The position numbers and the translations under genes are program-made. A DNA stretch of 24,765 nt from a virus (Duplodnaviria > Caudoviricetes). The stretch covers positions 1 through 24,765 of IMG/VR virus record IMGVR_UViG_3300046167_000296, one strand, 5' to 3'. The notes under the pieces were generated by a model. It was not told where the DNA came from. It searched no databases and saw only the letters and a program-made list of their open reading frames with translations. Below are positions 15,462-24,423 of this stretch, one piece after another (the first letter of the stretch is position 1; every line of letters begins with the position of its first letter).

Positions 15462-15632
15462 ATGAAAGATATAGATATATTAAAAAAAGATATTAAAGCT
15501 CTTAAAAAGCATTACAAAGAATGTAACACAAACAACACTATTTATTTAAGACCTGTTCTTAAAAATCAAATAGAAGGTTTAAAGGAAACAATCTTTAATT
15601 TAGAAGTTCAACAATTTAAAGATTTTATATAA
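15462..15632 (+). CDS. 56-aa hypothetical protein
   Basis: MKDIDILKKDIKALKKHYKEC...; same AAACAAAACAAAATG leader. Confidence 0.6.
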   Translation: MKDIDILKKDIKALKKHYKECNTNNTIYLRPVLKNQIEGLKETIFNLEVQQFKDFI

Positions 15633-15736
15633 TGATAAAGAAATTCTTACAACAAGACCCAAACAACTGGAAATGGCTAATTAGCTTTTATGTTATAGCA
15701 TTAGCTTTAACTATAATTTTAACAATAAAAATATGA
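15632..15736 (+). CDS. 34-aa membrane peptide
   Basis: MIKKFLQQDPNNWKWLISFYVIALALTIILTIKI; coupled at both ends (TAATG and ATGA). Confidence 0.6.
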   Translation: MIKKFLQQDPNNWKWLISFYVIALALTIILTIKI

Positions 15737-15903
15737 GAGAGTTTGGAAAACTAATAAAAGATCTATTTAATCCTAAAGAAAAAAATGTTTTTTGGATTAG
15801 AGTAACTAAGCAATTTAATAGTCATAAAGAAAGAGAAGAATTTATATATGCTACTTTAGAGTTATTGAGCAATGAAACTATGGTAAATGAGATACAGGAA
15901 TAA
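15733..15903 (+). CDS. 56-aa hypothetical protein
   Basis: MREFGKLIKDLFNPKEKNVFWIRV...; coupled to the upstream ORF. Confidence 0.6.
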   Translation: MREFGKLIKDLFNPKEKNVFWIRVTKQFNSHKEREEFIYATLELLSNETMVNEIQE

Positions 15904-16165
15904 CGACGATTGGGTTAATGATAAATCATTTACTGAAATGAAATGGTGTTGGGAAAACAATATAAAAGCCTATCCAATACCAGAAATTGATACATATAAA
16001 TCATCTACAGGTAGAAGAAAAAACTATGTTAAAGTAGAAATAAACTGTGATGGAAAATTATTAATAGGTAAACAACAATACAAACAAGAGCAAGAACTAA
16101 CAGAAGCCATACAGAAAGTTTATGCTCATTACTACGCAAGAAGATTCGGAAATAAATTAATGTAA
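15887..16165 (+). CDS. Hypothetical protein
   Basis: 92-aa ORF with WCWENNIKAYP and terminal Y.HYY motifs. Confidence 0.7.
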   Translation: MRYRNNDDWVNDKSFTEMKWCWENNIKAYPIPEIDTYKSSTGRRKNYVKVEINCDGKLLIGKQQYKQEQELTEAIQKVYAHYYARRFGNKLM

Positions 16166-16175
16166 TCTCTTTTAT

Positions 16176-16200
16176 ACAATATTGATAAAACTTTATTGTA
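16176..16200 (+). promoter_or_regulatory. Candidate late promoter ACAA-N14-TATTGTA
   Basis: Ends 5 nt before ATG 16206, at the head of the tail operon. Confidence 0.6.
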
Positions 16201-16205
16201 TAGAT

Positions 16206-16868
16206 ATGAAACTAGACATTTATGCACCAAGTTCTTTAGATGAAATAACTTTAGAACAATATCAAAAATTTCATAAAATATCTAACGGTAAAGAAACAAA
16301 TAACTTTATTAACCAAAAGATGATTGAGATATTTTGTAATATAGATCTAAAGGATATAATAAAAGTAAAATATACTAGTCTAAATAAGATCTTAAAACAT
16401 ATAGATAACTTATTTAAGCAAAAATCTAAATTTACAAATACATTTAATTTAAATGGTATAAAGTATGGTTTTATTCCTAAGTTAGATGAAATGACTTTTG
16501 GAGAGTATATAGACTTAGATAATTATTTTAGTAAATGGGAAACCATGGATAAAGCAATGTCTATATTATACAGACCAATTACACACAAAGACAAAGATAA
16601 GTATATTATAGAAAAATATAAAGGTGTAAATATAGATATGAGACAAATGCCATTGTCTATAGTTATGTCAACCATTATTTTTTTTTACAGTTTAAGCAAG
16701 GACTTATCGATAAATACCCTGAAATATTTAGTGAGTCAGAAGGACAATACACTAGTGAGTCAAACTTTTCAAACAAGTGGGGTTGGTATCAATCTATATA
16801 TGGAATTAGTCGAGGAGACATTACAAGATTTGACGAAGTCACCAGTTGCTCCTTACACGAGTGTCTAA
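16206..16868 (+). CDS. Putative tail assembly chaperone (frame-0 product, 220 aa)
   Basis: ATG 16206 is preferred over TTG 16182. First gene of the tail operon; contains the T9 slippery run at 16678-16686. Confidence 0.65.
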   Translation: MKLDIYAPSSLDEITLEQYQKFHKISNGKETNNFINQKMIEIFCNIDLKDIIKVKYTSLNKILKHIDNLFKQKSKFTNTFNLNGIKYGFIPKLDEMTFGEYIDLDNYFSKWETMDKAMSILYRPITHKDKDKYIIEKYKGVNIDMRQMPLSIVMSTIIFFYSLSKDLSINTLKYLVSQKDNTLVSQTFQTSGVGINLYMELVEETLQDLTKSPVAPYTSV

Positions 16869-16936
16869 TGTATTTAGCATTCGAAAAAGATAAATTAGAA
16901 TTAGAATCAAAAAGAATAAAATCAAAATTTAAATAA
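16679..16936 (+). CDS. -1 frameshift extension of the tail chaperone (G/GT-like)
   Basis: The -1 frame reads FFLQFKQGLIDKYPEIFSESEGQYTSESNFSNKWGWYQSIYGISRGDITRFDEVTSCSLHECLMYLAFEKDKLELESKRIKSKFK*. Its TAA overlaps the ATG of the next gene. Confidence 0.75.
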   Translation, partial: FFLQFKQGLIDKYPEIFSESEGQYTSESNFSNKWGWYQSIYGISRGDITRFDEVTSCSLHECLMYLAFEKDKLELESKRIKSKFK

Positions 16937-17391
16937 TGAAAGGATTTTATAATATAACAACAAAAATAAAAGAAACACTACAGTCAGAGCCATTTGTTAA
17001 TACAGTAACATTTGGAAATATAGATGATGTAGATTTAAATAAACAAAATATTTTTCCTTTATCTCATATAATAGTTAATAATAGTTCTATAAATGATAAA
17101 ACAATAAATTTTAATATAAGTGTTTTATTTATGGACATTGTCGATGAGAGTAAAAAAGAAGAGGTAACTAAGTTTATGGGAAATGATAATGAGCAAGACG
17201 TTTTAAATACACAACTTGCTGTAGCTGCTAGGTTAACTAGTTTATTAAAAAGAGGTACTTTATATAGTGAACTATATCAGTTAGAAGGAGATGTTTCTTG
17301 TGAACCTTTTGTTGATAGATTTGAGAATAAATTAGCTGGATGGACTGCTACATTTAATGTAATAATACAAAACGATATGACTATTTGCTAA
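16936..17391 (+). CDS. Putative tail terminator / completion protein
   Basis: 151 aa with FPLSHI and a terminal beta-strand GWTATFNV; assigned from size and position. Confidence 0.55.
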   Translation: MKGFYNITTKIKETLQSEPFVNTVTFGNIDDVDLNKQNIFPLSHIIVNNSSINDKTINFNISVLFMDIVDESKKEEVTKFMGNDNEQDVLNTQLAVAARLTSLLKRGTLYSELYQLEGDVSCEPFVDRFENKLAGWTATFNVIIQNDMTIC

Positions 17392-17909
17392 TGGACTTTA
17401 AACAAACAAAGGACATATTAAACAAATTTGCAAAGTATGTGATACAACAATCTCGTACTAATTTAACTAAGGGCAAAAAAAATAGTTCTAAAAAGCTTTA
17501 TGATAGCTTAGATTTTAAATTTAAACCTGTAACGAATGGAATAGGTATAAATTTTTTAATGGAAGAGTATGGTGTCTATCAAGATAAGGGAGTTAGAGGA
17601 GCTAATGCTCATTATGCAGATAGTGCAACAGCTAATAGTCCTTTTAGTTATAAAACTAATTCTAAAATACCACCAATTAAATCATTAGCAGATTGGGCTA
17701 AAAAAAGAAATATAAGATTAAGAGATGAAAAAGGTAGATTTGCAAAAGGTAATTATAATACAATAGGATTTTTAATAGCAAGAAGTATAAAAGATAAAGG
17801 TATAAGAGCAAGTTTATTTTTTACAAAACCATTTGAAAAAGCATATAAAGATTTACCAACAGATTTAGTTAAAGGATTTATAAACGATATAGAAAACGCA
17901 ATAGAATGA
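17385..17909 (+). CDS. Putative neck / tail completion protein (basic, HK97 gp10-like position)
   Basis: YG.YQDKGV.G, PP...L..W and IARSI..KGI....FF..PF motifs. Confidence 0.55.
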   Translation: MLMDFKQTKDILNKFAKYVIQQSRTNLTKGKKNSSKKLYDSLDFKFKPVTNGIGINFLMEEYGVYQDKGVRGANAHYADSATANSPFSYKTNSKIPPIKSLADWAKKRNIRLRDEKGRFAKGNYNTIGFLIARSIKDKGIRASLFFTKPFEKAYKDLPTDLVKGFINDIENAIE

Positions 17910-19267
17910 GTACAATAATAAATGCAAGAAGTCCATATTATATAAAAGTAGCTCCTGCAACTGGAACACTTACCTCAGCTTCAATGAGCTTATATATATA
18001 TTCTGGAACTTTTACAACAGACAAACCTGGTTCACCACAGTACACTATAAGTAAAGATATCATAGGAACTAATAATTATGTAATATATGAAATAACAGAA
18101 CTTATTAGAGATTATCTAAACACAGAGTATGCTAGTTTTGCTACAGACGGAGTGTGGGTAGAAGCAGATATAACATTAACTAAAACATCAGGAAGTGAAA
18201 CACAGAATTTGGATTATCTATCTTTTGATGGTTATGGCTATTTTGAAGATGGTGTAAATCCTAGAACTTTAACAGACCCAGTAAACACCTTAATAGATTC
18301 AACAACTACAGGTACGACCACAGCTTATAAACTAATAGATAGTGGACAGACATTCTTAACAAGCGTACAAATAGGAGATACAGTTTTTAATGATACAGAT
18401 ACAACACAAACAACAATAACAGCTATAGATAGTGATACGCAGCTTTCAATTAAAAATGATATAATGACTACAGGAGTGGATTACAGAATAGTAGGTACTC
18501 CAAATTATACTCCTCAATATTTACAATCAAATACTAAGATATATTTCAAACAAGGTACTGATATAGTATTTCCTGTATTTGCAGAAGCAGCTCCTTTGAT
18601 TGAGCTTGACCCAGGTGGAGGAGCCGATGTGTTTTGGGAACAAGTAGAAGATTTCTGGAACTTATATGACGTTGGTTGGGGAAGTACAATAAATGATATA
18701 CAAGTAAATGATTCAACTGATTCTACACAAAAGATTATATATATAAGAATAAGCCCTACAACATCTCTAGTAAGTGGAGATACAATAACAATAACAAGCT
18801 CGGTAGGAACATCACAAGTAACAACCATTACACTAGAAGCAGTATGTGAACCTAAATTCCAAGAGCTACAAGTAATCTTTTATAACAAATTTGGAGCATT
18901 ACAGATTATGCCTTTCTATAAAAAGTCAGTAGATAGTATAAATACTAAATCTGATAATTACAAAAGAAACTTAATGGACTTCACAAACGACCCAACATAT
19001 AATACTGAGAAACATCAAATAAGACAGTTTCACGTCACAGGTAAAGAATCTATAAATATTAACACTGGTTTTATAGATGAGAGTTTTAACGAGGTTATAA
19101 AACAAATGATGCTAAGTGAACAAGTGTGGGTAGATAATGGTACAGAAGTACTACCAGTTAGCTTAAACACATCTAATTTAAGATTTAAAAAATCAGTAAA
19201 TGATAGATTGATTAATTACACAGTAGATTTCCAATATGCGTTTAATAAAATAAATGATATTAGATAA
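17906..19267 (+). CDS. Virion structural protein (tail or baseplate)
   Basis: 453 aa, Thr-rich and beta-rich; INARSPY N-terminus and FYNKFGALQ; lies in the tail operon. Confidence 0.65.
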   Translation: MSTIINARSPYYIKVAPATGTLTSASMSLYIYSGTFTTDKPGSPQYTISKDIIGTNNYVIYEITELIRDYLNTEYASFATDGVWVEADITLTKTSGSETQNLDYLSFDGYGYFEDGVNPRTLTDPVNTLIDSTTTGTTTAYKLIDSGQTFLTSVQIGDTVFNDTDTTQTTITAIDSDTQLSIKNDIMTTGVDYRIVGTPNYTPQYLQSNTKIYFKQGTDIVFPVFAEAAPLIELDPGGGADVFWEQVEDFWNLYDVGWGSTINDIQVNDSTDSTQKIIYIRISPTTSLVSGDTITITSSVGTSQVTTITLEAVCEPKFQELQVIFYNKFGALQIMPFYKKSVDSINTKSDNYKRNLMDFTNDPTYNTEKHQIRQFHVTGKESININTGFIDESFNEVIKQMMLSEQVWVDNGTEVLPVSLNTSNLRFKKSVNDRLINYTVDFQYAFNKINDIR

Positions 19268-21321
19268 TGCAGAATATTCAGCTATATATTGAAGGCAATA
19301 GAATGGATATGTTCAAAGATGAATCTGTTTCGTTAACCCAGACAATTCAAAATGTAAGAGACATAGGTAAGATATTTACAAACTTTACTAAGACCTTTTC
19401 ACTACCTGCATCTAAAGACAATAATAAGATATTTAAGCATTATTACAATTATGATATAGTCAATGGATTCGATGCAAGAATAAAGAAGAACTCCACTATA
19501 GAACTCAACTATCTACCATTTGAAAAAGGTAAGATAAAACTAGAAGGAGTAGATATGAAGAATAATAAGCCATATGCTTATAGAATTACTTTCTTTGGAA
19601 ACACAGTAGATTTAAAAGATTTATTAGGAGAAGATAACTTAGATGCTTTAACGTGGCTAAATAACTTTACTATAGATTATGATGCTACTGAAGTATTGTT
19701 AAGATTGCAATCAGGTTATGATAAAGTAGTTGATAGTGTTACTTACTCAGATTCTATTATAGCTCCTTTAATATCACATTCACAAAGATTGTATTATGAT
19801 TCTACAACACACGTTGCAGATACTCCTAACTTAGCATATCATACTGGAGGAGGTACTCACCATCACGGAGTATTGTGGTCTGATTTAAAATATGGAATAA
19901 GAGTACACTTAATTATAAAAGCAATAGAAAACGAATATGGATTAAGTTTTTCTACAGATTTTTTCAATACAACAAATGATAGGTATCACAATCTATATTT
20001 ATGGATGCAAAGAAAAAAAGGGAATCTAATACAAGACGACCAAACCTTTACTTCACAAGTTACTGGCTTTGCAGCTACTCCAAGTCCTGTTTACGTATCT
20101 AGCGATATACTAGGACAAACATTAACAGTGGAAAGAAAAATTACTAATATTAGTTTAACCACACTGATGAGTGATACTTCTGTAACGTATGATGTACTTA
20201 TATTTAGAAACGGTAATTTATTTTCTTCTGTTGTTGGAATAACTGGAAACCAAACTGCTTTAGATATGATTTTTATAGGTTCTTTAGAAGATGGTAATTT
20301 AACTGTTTTTGTTAGAAGTAATAGTTCTGTGACCTTTAATACATTTACTTTAGGATTTGATGATATATCAACACCTGCAGAACCTAATGAACAAACAATA
20401 TCAGCAACTAATATATCAATAGTACAAATTATACAATTCCAACCTACTCAAAATGTACCTGAAATTAAGGTTATAGATTTCATTACAGGACTATTCCGTA
20501 TGTTCAATCTAACTGCATTTACACAAGATGATGGTACTATCAAAGTAGAAACTTTAGATAACTTCTATGCATCAGGTACGAGCTATGTTATAGATGATTA
20601 CGTTGATATGGAACAAAGTCAGGTTGATTTAGCTTTACCATATAAAGAAATATCATTTAGTTTTAAAAGTACTAAATCATTATTGGCATCAGTATTTAAT
20701 CAAATAAACAACCGTGAATGGGGGTCTTTAAATTATGATAATAGTGAAGCACTTGACGGAGGTATATATAAGATAGAAGTACCTTTTGAACATATGCAAT
20801 ATGAGAGATTAACAGATGGTACAGGTGGAACTATTAAGAACGTACAGGTAGGATATATGATTGATGAAAACTTAGACCCAATAAAAGGAGAACCATTATT
20901 GTTTTATGCAATATATAATAACTCTAGTCCACAAACTATATCTTTCTTGCCAGATGCTTCTAATGAAACAGAAGTCCCTGAATCAAGTTATACAGGTTAT
21001 TATATACCAAGTAATTCAGTAGCATTAGATTCTAGCACAGACGATACTGCTTTACACTTTGGATTAGAAACAAACGAATGGCAACCTAGCGGTAACTTCT
21101 CTGGTACTTTATTTGAGGATTTATATAAAACTTATATAGAGGATGTATTTAATATAAAGAGAAGATTAACTAAAATAAATGCTTTTTTACCATTGAAGAT
21201 ATTAAGAAACTATACTCTTGCAGATAGATTTATAGTAAGAAATAGAAGTTACAAAATAAATAGCATAACAACAAATTTAAAAACAGGAGAAAGTCAACTT
21301 GAATTATTAAACGAGGTATGA
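19267..21321 (+). CDS. Virion structural protein (tail tip / hub-like)
   Basis: 684 aa; FTKTFSLPASK.NNKIFKHYY; adjacent to the tape measure gene. Confidence 0.65.
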   Translation: MQNIQLYIEGNRMDMFKDESVSLTQTIQNVRDIGKIFTNFTKTFSLPASKDNNKIFKHYYNYDIVNGFDARIKKNSTIELNYLPFEKGKIKLEGVDMKNNKPYAYRITFFGNTVDLKDLLGEDNLDALTWLNNFTIDYDATEVLLRLQSGYDKVVDSVTYSDSIIAPLISHSQRLYYDSTTHVADTPNLAYHTGGGTHHHGVLWSDLKYGIRVHLIIKAIENEYGLSFSTDFFNTTNDRYHNLYLWMQRKKGNLIQDDQTFTSQVTGFAATPSPVYVSSDILGQTLTVERKITNISLTTLMSDTSVTYDVLIFRNGNLFSSVVGITGNQTALDMIFIGSLEDGNLTVFVRSNSSVTFNTFTLGFDDISTPAEPNEQTISATNISIVQIIQFQPTQNVPEIKVIDFITGLFRMFNLTAFTQDDGTIKVETLDNFYASGTSYVIDDYVDMEQSQVDLALPYKEISFSFKSTKSLLASVFNQINNREWGSLNYDNSEALDGGIYKIEVPFEHMQYERLTDGTGGTIKNVQVGYMIDENLDPIKGEPLLFYAIYNNSSPQTISFLPDASNETEVPESSYTGYYIPSNSVALDSSTDDTALHFGLETNEWQPSGNFSGTLFEDLYKTYIEDVFNIKRRLTKINAFLPLKILRNYTLADRFIVRNRSYKINSITTNLKTGESQLELLNEV

Positions 21322-21467
21322 TAGAGAATATATTAGAATTATTGCAAGAAGCGAAAGGAGAAACTGAAAACATTAGAATAGCACAAGGGAAATATAAGTT
21401 TCCTGAAAGTTTAAAAGAAACATTTGCTCAATTTAAAAAAGAAATAGCATGGAAAAAATTACAATAG
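21318..21467 (+). CDS. 49-aa hypothetical protein (not in the ORF track)
   Basis: MIENILELLQEAKGETENIRIAQGKYKFPESLKETFAQFKKEIAWKKLQ fills the gap exactly, with ATGA coupling. Confidence 0.65.
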   Translation: MIENILELLQEAKGETENIRIAQGKYKFPESLKETFAQFKKEIAWKKLQ

Positions 21468-23188
21468 ATCTTATTGCTAAAACAGATAAAGCTGTTAAAG
21501 AGGTAGAAGAATTAAAAAAAGAAATACAAGAACTTAACAAACAAGTTGAAAAAGGCAATAAAGATACTAAAGATGGTTTAAAAGGTGTTGAAAAAGCTTC
21601 TGAAAAAACAGCAGGAGGCGTACAAAAAATAGGAGGTGCGTTAAAGGCAGCTGGTATTGGATTAGCTATTGCAGCATTTGCTAAGTTTACAGAAGTATTA
21701 AATGAAAATCAAAAAGTTACTGATTTTTTCTCGATTACTTTTGAAACTCTTTCAATAGCATTTAATGATTTCTTTAATTTTATTAATAAAAATTCAAGTA
21801 TAATAATTGATACTTTTAAAAGTTTATTTAGTGATCCTGTACAAACTATTAAAGATTTTGGAAATTCAATATATGAAGGATTAGTAGTTAGATTTGAACA
21901 ATTTAAAGAAACTTTAGGTTTTGTAGCTAAAGGTATAGGAGAATTATTTAAAGGTAACTTTTCTGATGCTATAGATAGTTTTAAACAAGCAGGTAAAGAA
22001 AGTATTGATATAATCACAGGACAAGATGAGAGTTTTGAAAAGGTAAAAAATACTATTATTGATTACACTAAAGAAACAATTTCGTCTGCTAAATCTATTG
22101 TTGAATTAAACAAAAGTGCAGAAAAAGCAAGGGTTATAAATCAAGGTTTAATTGAAGAATATGACAGGCAAGCTGAACAACAAAGACAATTAAGAGATAA
22201 TGAATTTAATACTATAGAACAAAGAATAGAAGCTAATAATAGATTAAAAGAAGTATTAGATAAACAAAAAGAAACAATGCAGGATAATGCTGATGCTATA
22301 GTTGCTGCAGCACAGGCTCAATATGATAAAAATCAAAGTGATGCTAACTTTCTTGAATTACAAGATGCTAAAAATGAAAAATTAGGAATAGAGGCACAGA
22401 TAAAAGGATTTATGTCCGAACAAGATTCTAATGCTAATGCTTTAAAAAGAGAATCTTTAGAATTAGATCAATCTATTAGTGATGCTGAAGCAGAAAGACA
22501 ACAATCTAAAAGAGATTTTGATGCTGAACAAATTGAAAGTGAATTTCTACGTTTAGAACAACAAAAGTTAAATAATGAAGAAGATTTAAGATTAGAAACT
22601 GAAAGATTAGAAGCGAAGAGAGCATTATATAAAGAAGGAACACAATCATATGAAGATGCGAATAATGAACTATTAGCATATCAACAAGAAAATGCAAATA
22701 ATCAAGTAAAAATAGAAAAAGATTTAAATAAATCAAAACAACAATTAATGACTGATGCTTTAGGTAATTTAGCATCGTTGGTTGGTAAAAGTTCTAAATT
22801 TGGTAAAGCTATTGCAATTGTACAAGCAATTAGAGATACTTTTGCAGGTGCTAACAAAGCTTTGGCTGCATCACCACCTCCTTTTAACTTTATTGCAGCA
22901 GCAGCTGTTACTGCAGCAGGTATAGCTAATGTTAAAACGATAACTTCTTCACCTGATCCAACTCCACCTGCTGGTCTTGGTGCTTCAGGAGGAGGAGCGG
23001 TATCATCTCCTGCGGTGGTTCCACCTGCACCACCTGCTTTTAATATAGTAGGTGATTCAGGAACTAATCAATTAGCAGAAGCAATAGGAGGTCAAGCACA
23101 GCAACCTATAAAAGCTTTTGTAGTTAGTAATGATGTAACTACTTCACAAGAGTTAGATAGAAATATTGTAGAAGGAGCATCAATTTAA
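21449..23188 (+). CDS. Tape measure protein
   Basis: 579-aa helical / coiled-coil protein with Ala/Gly-rich hydrophobic segments near both ends and a Pro/Gly-rich C-terminal linker. Confidence 0.75.
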   Translation: MEKITIDLIAKTDKAVKEVEELKKEIQELNKQVEKGNKDTKDGLKGVEKASEKTAGGVQKIGGALKAAGIGLAIAAFAKFTEVLNENQKVTDFFSITFETLSIAFNDFFNFINKNSSIIIDTFKSLFSDPVQTIKDFGNSIYEGLVVRFEQFKETLGFVAKGIGELFKGNFSDAIDSFKQAGKESIDIITGQDESFEKVKNTIIDYTKETISSAKSIVELNKSAEKARVINQGLIEEYDRQAEQQRQLRDNEFNTIEQRIEANNRLKEVLDKQKETMQDNADAIVAAAQAQYDKNQSDANFLELQDAKNEKLGIEAQIKGFMSEQDSNANALKRESLELDQSISDAEAERQQSKRDFDAEQIESEFLRLEQQKLNNEEDLRLETERLEAKRALYKEGTQSYEDANNELLAYQQENANNQVKIEKDLNKSKQQLMTDALGNLASLVGKSSKFGKAIAIVQAIRDTFAGANKALAASPPPFNFIAAAAVTAAGIANVKTITSSPDPTPPAGLGASGGGAVSSPAVVPPAPPAFNIVGDSGTNQLAEAIGGQAQQPIKAFVVSNDVTTSQELDRNIVEGASI

Positions 23189-23195
23189 TAATATA

Positions 23196-23220
23196 ACAAA
23201 ACATCAATAAAACTATTATT
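23196..23220 (+). promoter_or_regulatory. Candidate late promoter ACAA-N14-TATTATT
   Basis: Ends 5 nt before ATG 23226. Confidence 0.55.
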
Positions 23221-23225
23221 TATAT

Positions 23226-24251
23226 ATGGACATTATAGAACTTTTTATAGACGAATCAGATGAGTTTTCAGGTATTCAAGCAATATCAGTTGTAGAAAAC
23301 CCAGCGATAGAAGAAGATTTTATTGCACTTAAAAATCAAGAGTTAAAGTTAGCTGAAGTAGATAAAGAAAAAAGAATTCTAATGGGAGCTGCTTTAATAC
23401 CTAATAAACCTATATACAGGAAAACCAAAGATAAAGATTATTATATTTATTTTTCTAGAAAAACAGTTAAGAAAGCAAGTGAGTTATTTTTAATGAGAGG
23501 TAATCAAAATAAATCTACTTTAGAGCATCAACTACCTTTGCAAGGATTGTCTGTGGTTGAATCTTGGATAGTAGAAGATGATAAGTTTGATAAAACAAGG
23601 AAGTATGATCTAAACGCACCTATAGGCACTTGGATGGTATCTGTAAAAGTAAATAATGATGAAGTTTGGAATGACTTTGTAAAAACAGGTAAAGTTAAAG
23701 GGTTTAGTATAGAAGGTTATTTTGCTGATAAATTAGAAAGACCAAATGAGCCAAATGAGTTAGCAATGATAGAAGAAGAAGAGGCTGCTGAATTATTATC
23801 TCAAATAAAAGGTATAGTTAAAAAAGATAAAAGATATAAAAGTGGAAAAACATTAGAATTAGAAACATATTCGGATTATCCACAAGCAGTTAAGAATAAT
23901 GCTAAAAGAGGTTTAGATTTAAATAAAAAAGTAAATAATAAATGTGCTACGCAAGTAGGTAAGATTAGAGCACAGCAATTAGCTCAAGGAAAACCAATTA
24001 GTAAAGCAACTATTAAAAGAATGTTTAGTTATTTGAGTAGAGCAGAAGAATATTATAAAGAAGGTGATAATGAAGCTTGTGGAACTATATCTTATTTACT
24101 TTGGGGTGGTAAAGCTGGAAAACGTTGGGCTGAAAGTAAATTAAAACAACTAGAAAAGTTAAAATCTCCTTGCTGGGATGGTTATGAAATGGTAGGTTTT
24201 AAAATGAAGAATGGTAAAAAAGTACCTAACTGTGTACCAACAAAAAAATAA
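23226..24251 (+). CDS. Prohead protease (XkdF-like serine peptidase) with C-terminal accessory domains
   Basis: ISVVENPAIE, GAALIPNKPIYR, TLEH, VESW, GTW and KGFSIEG motifs. Confidence 0.8.
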   Translation: MDIIELFIDESDEFSGIQAISVVENPAIEEDFIALKNQELKLAEVDKEKRILMGAALIPNKPIYRKTKDKDYYIYFSRKTVKKASELFLMRGNQNKSTLEHQLPLQGLSVVESWIVEDDKFDKTRKYDLNAPIGTWMVSVKVNNDEVWNDFVKTGKVKGFSIEGYFADKLERPNEPNELAMIEEEEAAELLSQIKGIVKKDKRYKSGKTLELETYSDYPQAVKNNAKRGLDLNKKVNNKCATQVGKIRAQQLAQGKPISKATIKRMFSYLSRAEEYYKEGDNEACGTISYLLWGGKAGKRWAESKLKQLEKLKSPCWDGYEMVGFKMKNGKKVPNCVPTKK

Positions 24252-24252
24252 T

Positions 24253-24393
24253 ATGAAAAAAAAATACGAAAGCAATAGATATTATACAAGCCCTAAAACA
24301 GATAAAAGAGGATGTTTGTGTAAAGACGGACAAACTTATTCTAGAAAATGCTGTGACGGTAGTTACCAGGCACAAGGTATAGGGAAAATATAA
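24253..24393 (+). CDS. 46-aa Cys-rich protein
   Basis: SPK..KRGCLCKDG.TYSRKCCDGS..AQGIG. ATG 24253 is preferred over 24211. Confidence 0.65.
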   Translation: MKKKYESNRYYTSPKTDKRGCLCKDGQTYSRKCCDGSYQAQGIGKI

Positions 24394-24417
24394 CAAAAGT
24401 TTAATTAATTAATTATA
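24393..24417 (+). promoter_or_regulatory. Candidate late promoter ACAA-N14-AATTATA
   Basis: Ends 6 nt before ATG 24424; shares TAACAAAAGTT with the terS copy. Confidence 0.55.
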
Positions 24418-24423
24418 TATAAT

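Noticed and set aside
719-22775. All minus-strand ORFs in the track (719-946, 1361-1600, 1660-1842, 2238-2438, 2938-3123, 3503-3865, 6841-7056, 10064-10255, 14009-14260, 18514-18828, 21709-22017, 22506-22775)
   Set aside because: Each lies antisense to a well-supported + strand gene, has shadow-like composition and shows no recognisable motifs.
23876-23884. Perfect DnaA box TTATCCACA
   Set aside because: It is a single copy inside the protease coding sequence with no cluster, so it is plausibly chance.
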